DNA of 63,630 nucleotides, counting the filler, from Collodictyon triciliatum (lineage: Eukaryota), in assembly GCA_043381765.1 (NCBI GenBank). It is 4 parts of 4 records of this genome, joined end to end, with 100 filler letters (N's around TTAATTAATTAA, not from the genome) between each part and the next. Parts side by side here need not be neighbours in the genome. Positions count along the whole stretch, not along the records: positions 24,870 to 46,103 come from JBHJMP010001078.1; positions 46,204 to 61,338 come from JBHJMP010001101.1; 2 more parts are not named here. One strand, given 5' to 3'. The position numbers and the translations under genes are program-made. Of the stretch, positions 24,770-52,500 are shown in pieces. The notes beneath the pieces were generated by a model that made no database searches, had not been told where the DNA came from, and worked only from the letters and a program-made list of their open reading frames with translations. How positions within the stretch are numbered: position 1 is the stretch's first letter; every line of letters starts with the position of its first letter.

Positions 24770-24813
24770 NNNNNNNNNNNNNNNNNNNNNNNNNNNNNNN
24801 NNNNNNNNNNNNN

Positions 24814-24825
24814 TTAATTAATTAA
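24814..24825. other. Artificial contig-joining spacer (TTAATTAATTAA between two N44 runs)
   Basis: Identical six-frame-stop linker with identical N padding occurs three times in the window. Confidence 0.95.
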
Positions 24826-25231
24826 NNNNNNNNNNNNNNNNNNNNNNNNNNNNNNNNNNNNNNNNNNNNCATTTTTCATTTTTCATTTTTCATTTTTCAT
24901 TTTTCATTTTTCATTTTTCATTTTTCATTTTTCATTTTTCATTTNNNNNNNNNNNNNNNNNNNTTTTCGTTTTGCATTTTTCATTTTTCATTTTTCATAT
25001 TTCATTTTCGTGTGGTTTAAATGTAATTGCTCGTTGCTGCCTTCTTCCAGAAAACTTCAAGCTCTTATCCAAAGAAGTATGGCAGTATCACATGAGAAAT
25101 AGGACCTGCTTACGTTCAATACAGAAAAACACCTCGTTGCAGTTCACAGCAAACAACAACTGCAGACAAAATTTGACGATCAGACATAGTTCTTGCTTAT
25201 TCCCACTTGTTTAACGCATAGTTTCCTGCAG

Positions 25232-35943
<10,712 letters not shown>

Positions 35944-37125
35944 GGCGTCTTCTCTCCTTTGTCCCGTTATCTACTTTCTTTTTTTGTTTTGTTTTTTTGT
36001 TTTTTTTATTGTTGTAATCAAGAAATCTCAATTTCTCTTATCACTGCGCTTATGCAATCTTGACCGAAGCAGAGTCAAATAAATATCCATGTGCAAGACA
36101 GGAAAAAAAAAAACAACAACTACATAAGATAAAGGTCGCTGTTCTCGTGTGGATATTTGCTCGCAGTACAACCATTTACACGGATTCAAATCCTGCCCGC
36201 GAAAACTATTGCATATTTACAAAGAAAATGGTATTTAATACAAGCAGAAGCCCAAAAGCACGCCCATTAAACTATCATTCGTATCATTTGAGACTTGGTT
36301 GCTCAAGAATATCCCACAGAAAAAACATCATCATCATCAAAATATTGCCCTTCTCATCATAATCTTCTCTTTTTTTTTTCAGAGACGGCAGAGCCACTAC
36401 GACGAAAACCGCAAAGAGATGAAAGAGAAACACCGCATAGAAATGGTTAATCTTTGGTCCACTTCCAAGCAACACCCTCATTCCTCGCAGCAAGTAAAAC
36501 CCAAGCGGATTTGCAACAGATGCATAGTGTTTGTGACTCGTCGGATGCAATGCCACGCAGAAGGGTCGGCGGCTCCGTGACGGATTCCACCCCAACGAAT
36601 CCACGCAGTGCAAAGCTCAGGAATCCAGAGACGATGGGGAATTGATGGCTCTGCAGCATCCTTTGTTTGCTGGTGCTTCGGGAATATTTGAGGCTCTTTT
36701 CGTGCGTGTGTTTAGTTGAGCGGTTTGGGATGAGTGTCTGTGGGATACTTACCATCATACTTTGCAAATGTGCTCGAAGAGAATAAACAACGCCGTGGGA
36801 TTCGGCTCGATGAAGACAGAAGCACTCGAAATCTAGTGTGAAAAGGAGTCTCCTTTCTGTTAATCAACTTTCAATTGACTAAAAGAATGAAAAGAGGGTG
36901 CTCAGGCAAATTAAGTGGTAAAGGATGTGTAAAATTTTGACTATCTGTCGGATGAAGTAAGCCGTGATTATTTTATTTTTTTTTATTATTAAATAGTATC
37001 GATAGGTTGATAAAGAGGCTGTCTTTTCTTTTCTTTTCATTCGGTACGCGCTTATTTGTGCGCCATACAGCCAAAATAAAAATATGAGAGTGGTCTTGGA
37101 ATTATCTCTTTTTTTTCTTTTTAGC

Positions 37126-39395
37126 TCATTGAGAAGGTTTTAGAGGCCATAAGTCGTTGACTGAATGCTCAAGGTCAGGATTCCCTCCAAGTTTTGCGAT
37201 TTCGCTCATGATTTCGTTTTTGATATCGTCAATTACTCGTTTTGTGTATTCAAAACTGCCGCTCTTTGTCATAGACTGTAACAACAACGAAGAATCAGAT
37301 ATGGTTCTTGAGCAAAATAAAATTCATGTTTTAAACTGTATTTACAACTTTCTTTCTCTTCTCGAATTGATATTTATTTATTCTTTTTGTAAACAAATAG
37401 ATAGTTACTTGGACGGCATAGTTTTTCAATTCCAGGCTGTCTGTTCGCTGCTTGAGAATTTCTAAAATTGCACAAGACAAAACAATAAAATCCAAGATTA
37501 AAATGATTGAAAGGGCTATTAAAAAAAATTTGTATTTTTTTTTTGAAAACAAGTTATTTTCAACATACGCAAAAGCTCATCTCCTTCGGGGTCGTGTAGT
37601 ATGTGATGAATTATTGGAAAAGAAAACTTTCCCTCGGTCAGATCCTCACAAAAGGACTTGTTTAACATGTACTGATGCGTGAAAGAATGGAGGTAAATAA
37701 AAACTATCACACGGGTTAATCAAATGAAGAGGGAAAAATGAAAAGGAGAAACACCTATAATATACTGCAGAGTGCAAATTTTGCAACATCTATAAGGTGT
37801 GCTATACTATGAACACATAAATGCAAAATACCCTACTTCAGATGATTGCATGTTGATATAATCGTCACGAATTTGAAATAGAAGACTCAATGCATTCACC
37901 AAAGGGAGGAAGTCACTACGGATAAGTGAGTATCTTCATCAGGACTCAAAGTATATTTCCACATGCTAATACATAAGACGTTTGTCTCTCTAGGAAAGAC
38001 AATTTTTTTTATCGCATACCTTTTGTTCTCACTAAAGGCTTGCATCAGGCGCACTGAGAGTCTAAACAAGCCGCCCGTTTCTGGTATGAAAAAAGATAGA
38101 TTTCATATCTGAATTTTAAAAAAAAACCATATTTTACGATAATAGTAACAAACGAAATTGTGGTTCATGTACAAACAATAAAAGCTGATGAATGATACTC
38201 ACTTCCCAGAACCATGTTTTTGTATTCCTCCTCTGTTGGGCAAACGCAATTGTCTCGCCAATATATGTCAAAGCCTTGGCCACGGTGTAAACTGATAAGC
38301 TCATCTATAAATAGAAAAGAGGGAGAAAAGACGCCATCGGCATTTAAATATTCGAAATAGTACAGTTTGTAAACAAATACAAAAAATAGCGAGTGATTTG
38401 GTTGGCACCCAGTATGTCCGCTTCTCTCTCTCTCTTTATTTTCCTTTTTTTGAAAGACCTGCGAATATGCCCAGGCATTCTGCTGACCCTAAACTTAAAC
38501 ACTGGCGCATCGCGAGGAAATAAACATAGTTTGCTGCGTTGATTGAAAGGGGAACACCATAAATTGCATGGGCCACTGTGTATGCAGAGAGATTATTCAT
38601 TAGAGAAGAGTCATCCTAAAATGTCGAACCTTCTATCAGATGCACTATGTGACAAGATTTAAGTGTATGAAAGCAAAGGTGATTACCTGGGATTCCACGG
38701 CGGAGTTTGGAGTTGTCCTCTATGTCATCAATTCTAAATAAATAAATTAGCACGTGAGTTCCGTAAGAATGCCATTGTCACGAATGCAAGATTAAAAACA
38801 AGGAGAAGTTTATTGAGAGCCTTACATGAGACTGGCATTGTGCAACTCCCGCACGATTTCTTTAACAGCTGTGAGTTTATCCTTTGGGATATTCAACCAC
38901 CGGTCAAACGCATCAATCAGTCTCGACCGGACTTCCTTTCCTGTTCGCAGTAAGTCAGTGATGAAGCGTGTGTTTTATTTTGTCCATGAATACTGTAAAT
39001 AGTTGTATTGGCGCGGACTCTGATATGGAGAGGAAAGAAGGCTAAAGGGTGAGTTGTATTGAAGCCCACAACAAACCTGGTTCCCTCACAATGTACAGGT
39101 ACGGCTGAACGATGGGCTAGAAGGATCGAAAAGGTGTGTGTTTTTTAGACCATCAAGACGAGCGAACGTCAAATTTATGTATACTTTGTTTTTGTTTTTT
39201 TTTCATAATTGTTGATATATTTTTGTTTCCAGCCGCTAAAGGGCGATAATAATAAAAAGGAGGAGGAAAGACGGAGGAAGTTGAAAGATTGAAAGATAAG
39301 CAAAAAGGAGGGGCTACCTTCTCCTTCGGATCCACGTTGAGAAGGCTGACCTGCTTAGATAAAGGAGACGGTGACTTTCCCTCGCTGGACTCCAT
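37126..39395 (-). CDS. GGPS1: Geranylgeranyl diphosphate synthase, type III (GGPS1/BTS1-like), ~11 exons
   Basis: [31 protein letters not shown] (FARM), [22 protein letters not shown]...[24 protein letters not shown] (SARM), [24 protein letters not shown]. Confidence 0.95.
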
Positions 39396-39987
39396 CTTCC
39401 TTGGGCTCGGTTTGGCGGCTGTTTCGCTTCTGTCTGCTTTGACCTTGCTTTGTTGCGCAGATTTAGCTAGAGGACCTCAAAATAAAAAAAAAATAATAAA
39501 AAGGGGAAAAAAGAAAAAAAAAGGCTTTTCTGACCAGAGCTCTGCAAGAACCCTTTGCGCAATCTGGTTGGCCAGTTCCAAACAACGATTTCCTCCGTGT
39601 GCTTTGCAGCGTGTTTATTATGGCGCAAACAAAGAAAAACACGACACGTTTGCAACTTCACCATGAAAACACAACACAGCGACTCGATCGTGTGGGTTTT
39701 ATGTTGATGCGGAAGCGTTCTGATTCATCCCTTTCGTGAGTATTTTCCCCGAAAAATGCCTCGAACTTTTCTGTTTACCACCGGAGATAGGCTGCGGAAG
39801 TTTTCGGTATATATGTTACGGTACTATAATTATTATATTCCATTCCATTTCCACATTTGACATGGTTACCCATCTTCGAGCGGAGAGTTGCAAAAGAAAA
39901 AAAAGACAAAAAATTAATAATTAAATCAAGACGAAAAATAGAAAAAGAGAGTTTAAGGGAAGCTTGAATAGAAGCTTTGTTTATTGT

Positions 39988-45811
<5,824 letters not shown>

Positions 45812-45950
45812 GTCGACTGCTTTGCGCTTTGGAATTCTGCCGTGGAGTTCAGAGTGAAGGAGGAAGGAGAAAAAAAAAAGATGAAAAGGGACAAAAGAGA
45901 AAAGGGTGAGAAAGGAAGGGTGAGGACAAAACGAAAAGAAAATGCAATTG

Positions 45951-46050
<100 letters not shown>

Positions 46051-46147
46051 TAAAAATAAAATAGGGGAAGGTGCTCGATGATATTTGATCCGCGCTTAGA
46101 GCANNNNNNNNNNNNNNNNNNNNNNNNNNNNNNNNNNNNNNNNNNNN

Positions 46148-46159
46148 TTAATTAATTAA
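46148..46159. other. Artificial contig-joining spacer
   Basis: N44-TTAATTAATTAA-N44. Confidence 0.95.
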
Positions 46160-46203
46160 NNNNNNNNNNNNNNNNNNNNNNNNNNNNNNNNNNNNNNNNN
46201 NNN

Positions 46204-46294
<91 letters not shown>

Positions 46295-47526
46295 TCAAAA
46301 TTCAAACTAAGAAAGGTAAAAGCACACACAGATTCTTAAATCTCCAGAACTTGTCGTCCCTTCATAGACAGAAAAAATAGAGGAGTCTATTTAATTTAGA
46401 TAGAGGCAAACAAAGATTATTATTCCAAAGATGGACGTAGATAGCTAATTTCCTCTATTTTCTTCTCCTCTCTTTCTGACCAATATGCTACAGTTTCTAT
46501 TATATTAAATAGATATCGGTTTATCATCTATCTTTTCATTCAGCCTCCCGCCCCTTTGTATGGCATAACCTCGCTACACTTTGAATCGAATAAAGGAAAA
46601 AAAAAATCTTTTCATTCAGCCAAAATTTAGAGTTTTCTGGCCATTCATGTATGTCTCATTCATTTCACTCCCAAGCATGATCAACCAAACCCTACTTCGC
46701 TTGGATGCCTTAGCTCTATTATTTTATGTAAACATTCAGTGTTTCTTGTGTTCATTGCAGCATGCAGTGAAATGCATTCTGTCTTTGAAGCATTTTATGA
46801 CGACTTTTTTCTTTAACGATGCAAATGCCCCCCAAAAAACTTCTTTTATGTATCTCCTCGTATTAGTGCATATATTCTACTAATGACACACATTTAGAAA
46901 TCTGACTCATAATACCACACAAACTTCTTATATGGTTGAGACCTTGCATTTGATCTGCGTTGAGTTTGATTATTTATCTTTTTTTTTGTTCCGTTTTGTT
47001 CTGATTTGGGGTTTGGGGTTTGGTTTGGTTCGCTAGCCACCGTAAGTATATCGGAGTTGAATACTTCTTTTCCTGTTTAATAATATACTATTTTTTTTCT
47101 GCCTGCAATTTTAAAAAGAAATGAAAAAAAAAAGACAATAAAGCCGATTAAAATTATTCGTGTAAAAGATGGTATTAATCGAAAAGTAGTGCAAGACCAC
47201 GCCAAACCGAATTATTCTGCCTCTATTCTCTCATCACTATTTTGCCGGTCCTTCCATATACTTTTTTTTTTTATCTCGATAGACTTTTAACGACAATAAT
47301 TATGCATTGACCCATTTACATAGAGTTAGTCTAACCTCATGTGATATAGTCTAAAGAGTTTATAATTGCACTTTTAAAAGAGATATTGATATCATGAACC
47401 AAATTAATGTAATAATAAAAAGACTTTACAGCCAATTAATACTACTGATTGTTAGTCAGGCTCCCGCAACCCGTCGAAGGCTCCGTAAGTTGCAGCCAGT
47501 TCTTCTAGTTCCAACGCTGGTGCTAG

Positions 47527-48813
47527 AAACCCCGGGTTGCATGTAAGTCTAGGAAGACCCGTACAAAGAAGCCGCCTGCAAGTCTGTCTGAGCGGACAGT
47601 ATTTTTGCACGGGGTCGAGCAAGTCGTTTACAACAAGAACAAGGCCCACAGACTCACAGATGCGCTCGCCTCCTTCTTGAAAGCGAACAAACTTTGGGAA
47701 GAGTCCATCCAATTGCGCTTACCGGACGGCGAAGACCTTTGTCTGATTGCCTTCTGCATCGCAGAAAACGCCCGAAAGCTTCTGGAGCTGAAGCAGGTAA
47801 GTTTGATCGATATTACGATCAGCTTCGCTAGAAGTAAACCAACAGAGACCTCGGTGATGATCTACCAACTACCGCTGGACGTATGGCCGCAAATCCTTCG
47901 TGAGGAGCTGAAGCCGTTCAGACCGACCCACGTGGTCACCAAAAAGGACAAAGGCTTATTCACAGATACGGCCGTGGTGAAGCTTCTTTGTCATAAGAAC
48001 CAGCTCCCTGCAAAGCTTACGGTCATGGGTAAAAAGTGTCCAAAGCGCATCCTCAAAGAGCGTCCGCCAGCCGCGAACAACGAACGACAAGTAAAACCCC
48101 ACAAAAGAATACACCCGCCAACCAGACAAGCAGCAACGGGGTCAAGGAAGCCAAGGCCAGGCAACAACTGAGTCCGCAAGACTCACAGCAGATACGCGCA
48201 TTCAGCGACAGCGACGATGACATGGAAGGAAATATCGGTTCCTCTTCAGAATCCTCGCACTTGAGCCTCCACCACCAACACTGGACAAGCCCGCACATCG
48301 CAAGACCCAAGAGCAGCGCATCTCCAAACCCCGAAAGAAATACCCCTTAAACCACCCATTCAGACTGACGTGAATATGGTTAACATAGGAAGCATCAAGG
48401 CATTCTTCGTTACTTATCCGAAAGGATACTCCAAAGCGAAGGCAACACAAGAACCAGCGCCCACCAAAGATAGTCCATTTATCCTGCCCCAGCTCATTGC
48501 ACCGATAACCAAGGAGCAAGAGCAAACAGCACAAGTAGAATCCAAGCTTGGAACTTCACACACTAAAGACAGTCCGAGCAAGCAGGAGTGTATGTCTCTA
48601 AAACCACAAACGCGTATCCATACTCCGGTTAGGCAAAGTCAACTGCCAGCTACGCATGGTTCCGAAACCAGGGGACGGTCAAGCGCCACTTCCGATAATA
48701 CCAGACAAACAACGATGTATCGCTTTTTGTCAGAGTCGCCCAGCAAGAAACGCAAGGAAAGTGACCCGTTGTCCCCTCAAAATACTCATCCTGTGGAATG
48801 TAATAGGATGTAA
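47527..48813 (+). pseudogene. Decayed non-LTR retrotransposon ORF1-like sequence (RRM-like segments plus low-complexity tail), frameshifted
   Basis: Intronless island visibly more GC-rich than its flanks. ERTVFLHGV and TSVMIYQLPLDVWPQILREELKPF...TDTAVVKL...LPAKLTVMG resemble LINE (L1/Tx1-type) ORF1 RRMs. Coding-like text continues across three frames (47527-48171, 48036-48350, 48370-48813). No ORF2 seen. Confidence 0.42.
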
Positions 48814-49523
48814 ACCTTGTCTGAGATAGATGGTTGAAAGGACTCGTCGGAATCGATTTTAGAAGTAACTGCCATGTGCGTACTTTCATCAACCCGATAA
48901 CTTTATCCACTCTTTTGTCAGTCTCGAATACAACCAGAAGTCATGTTGGAGCTGAATCGACTCAGGTAAAATAGTCTGCATGTGAGAACCCTTTCTCTTC
49001 TTTCTATTTTCCTTTTTCTTTCTTTCCTTCCATAACACAAAATACAAAAACTCCAACCGCACAATCCGAGGGTTTCCACGGCTTTTTCTCTCTCTTCCGT
49101 TCTTGTTGTGTTCTTTTAATTACTGGTGACATCGAGAATTAATGTGTTGGTTTTCTAGCATTTATTTCTATAAATACTTCTTGGGGCCCACATATGATTT
49201 CACATCTCTTGGTTGACTTCCAAAATAGCATTATTTGAGTGTGATAATTCTGGTTTAATTTCAAAAATTCAGTTCTATCAATGCCACTAGAACGTTATGA
49301 AAGGTGATAAAAATAATAGCTTAAGATTCTCGATTAAAGACTCAGAGTTTTCATCTGTATTCCCTTTTATTTTGTCCCTTTTTTTTTTTAACTAGGTGTC
49401 CGTCAAAAATCAAAGGCGCTGCAATAGGGAGAATATCTGCATCTGATATAATGACGATTTAGTTATCTGATGAGCCTTTTGTAAAATAACTATGACAACA
49501 ATAGCAACAATAATTTACCCTTT

Positions 49524-52500
49524 TTATGTAGAGGCTAGCTTTTTCAATTCTTCCGCTTTTTCAGTGTCTTTTTCAACACCCCATCCATTCTCGTAGCATT
49601 CGGCAACGCTCATAATAGTTCTTGGATATTTGTGTCTTACTCCAACTTTGTACCCTCTTCTATCATGAAAGATAACTTCCTTCACTTCGGCCATTTCTTT
49701 TAAAACATCAAAAGCCTGTTTTGAACCTTGTTGTGCAGCTAATTTCAACCCGTCAAAGTCCAATCTTAGTTTCAAAGGAGCGACTGTTTTCCAATAAAAT
49801 GCTTTTTCAATGTCCTTTGCAATAGCACCCTCACCCTCATAAAACTTGGCCATCATTTGAGCCTGGAAATTTGTGAATTTTCCTTGCTCGCAATTTCTCA
49901 CAAAGTCAGTATCATAAGAAACAGCACCGATTGAAAGTAAAATTGACTTGTTGATATGACTCAACAAAATGGTGTTTTTAAGCTGTATTTCCCCTCCTAC
50001 CAAATTCCTTGGGACAGCTGGTTGTATTTTTTTTATGCTGGTGGTTTTGTTTACTTCCATCTGGTCATTTAACTCTGAATTTGTCTCTTCGATGTTCTCT
50101 CTTTTGAATAGATACTTACCTTCAATATAGCTCATCTCTGGCATCTGTGTATCAAATGTCTGTATTACAGTGGCTAATGTCCAAATTCTAATTGTTTTAT
50201 CTCCACTTCCAGAAACCAAGAAATTTTCACCATTAGGTCCTTGAGTCCAGCAAATAGCGGTAATCTTATCTGTATGTCCTTCTAATGATTTGATTTGATT
50301 TCCTGTGGCCACGTCCCATATACGAATGGTTTTATCTCCACTTCCAGAGACCAACCAATTTTCATCATTAGGTCCTTGAGTCCAGCAAATAGCGGTAATT
50401 TTATCTGTGTGTCCTTCTAATAATTTAATTTGATTTCCTGTGGCCACGTCCCATATACGAATGGTTTTATCTCCACTTCCAGAGACCAACCAATTTTCAC
50501 CCTTTGGTCCTTGAATACCAATAACACTAGTAATACCACTTTTGTGTCCCTTTAATATCTTGGTACATCCCCCAGTGGCGACATTCCAAATCCGAATTGA
50601 TTCATCGTCACTTCCAGAAGCCAAAAAATTCTCACCATCTGGTCCCTGAATGCTGTGGACACTGGTGACGGAGCCCCAATGACCCTCTAGAAATCGGTAC
50701 ATTTTTCCAGACGCATCCCAAATAATTGTGGTGTTGTCTTGGCTTCCAGAGGCCAACAAATTCTCACCATTTAATCCTTGAATGCTGCAAACACTTGTAA
50801 TAGAGTCTCTGTGGCCTATCCATTTTTTGACCAGATTTCCGGTGGTTATATCCCAGATGCACAATGTGCCTCCAACACACCCGGAAGCTAACCAAATTTC
50901 TCCATTCGATCCTTGGATGCTGCAAACACTGTTGGCAGTGTATACATGTCCTTCCAATGTTTTCATTCGATTGCCTGTGGCCACATCCCAGATATATATC
51001 ATTTCATCCTGATTCCCAGATGCCAGCCAATTTTCACCATTTGGTCCTTGAACGTTGCAAACAGTTTTGACAGCGCCTGAATGGCCTTCCAGTTTATCGT
51101 AAGGAATTCCGAACATCACCTCATGCATACTTGCATTGTCAAAAATACAGCCACCGAGCACTGAGTTTGTAAAATGAACACCGTTCAAGTTGGCACCAGT
51201 AAAGTTTGTCCCATCAAGAATAGAATTAATCAAATTTGCATTCGGTATCTTGACGTTGCATAAGTCCATACCACTGAATGATACATTCATAAAGTTCAAT
51301 ATTGATATTGCATCCGATGCAGCATTTGCCATGCTTTCATCTGCTCTTGATTCATAGACGATGTTGAATAGATATAATATTGTTTGTTTATGCGAATATT
51401 CCTCATATTGATTTGCATAATTCAGCCATTTTCTTATAAATTTCGAGACTCCAGTAAAGTCAATTGGATCCCTGATAATTCCGATTTTTTTAGAATAGTA
51501 GGATAAGTATTCGCATGACTTGAGAGTCCTAGTGTGTGTCCAACAGAGTTTGTCCGCAAGCCTATCCCTCATTTCACTCCAATATGCAATTCCATCATCG
51601 TGGAGATGATTTTCTTTGCAATATTGTTGTGCATTCTCACATGCAATCCAGAAATCCCAATTTTCATAAGACAACTTTTCGCCGTGTCTCACAGCAGCAG
51701 TTTTGTATAATTGAATGGTCACTTGGTGCTCCTTCTTTTCTTTTACGAAGCCCAATATAGAGTTAATTTGTTGTATATCAGTTAATGACATTACTGTATT
51801 TGTTTCTTTCCTGATAGTGGCCGACTTTTGGAAATACTCAACAACGTGATCCAATCTACAATTAAGAATAATAGTATATAAATTTCGATGAAATAAATGT
51901 TATCCCCTAAATTCTTCCAAAATCAAATCTAGTTGTAAAATTTAGTTGCGGAGTACCTGTTGAGTTCAAAATTCCTTTTCCCGATGCATTCCAGAAACGC
52001 TGCGTTATCAAGATCTAGATGTTTAAACCCTTTCAGGTCAATATCAATTCTTTTGATAGCTTTACCGTAATCTAGGAGAAAGATGCAGGCGATTATTGTT
52101 GTCTGATGCATCCATCCCAGCTTGGCAGTAAATCGCTCTTTCATCTCATCCCAAAATACAAAACCATCTTCATGCAATTGATTTTCCTTGCAACATCGGT
52201 GTGCATTTTCACATGCTACCCAGCAGTTCCAGATATCAAACGAAAATTTCTCTCCTTGAATAATAGCGGCAGTTTTATATAATTGAATAACTACCTCCCA
52301 TTCTTTCATTTCTTTGGCCATTTGAATAATTTTATCAATTTCAGTGTCATCATTTAATGACATGATGGTCTTTGTTTTGCTTCTAATAGCAGCTGCTTTC
52401 TGGAAGTACTCTAGTACTTGGTCCAATCTAAAAGCATAAAAATAAGCTATGATTCACTTTTTTCTCACAATTTTCAATCAAATTTTTGTTATAAATAAAA

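Noticed and set aside
24770-24869. Palindromic TTAATTAATTAA motif repeated three times, as a possible biological element
   Set aside because: Always embedded in identical N44 padding to total 100 nt, so it is an assembly linker. Gene neighbourhoods across these points carry no meaning.
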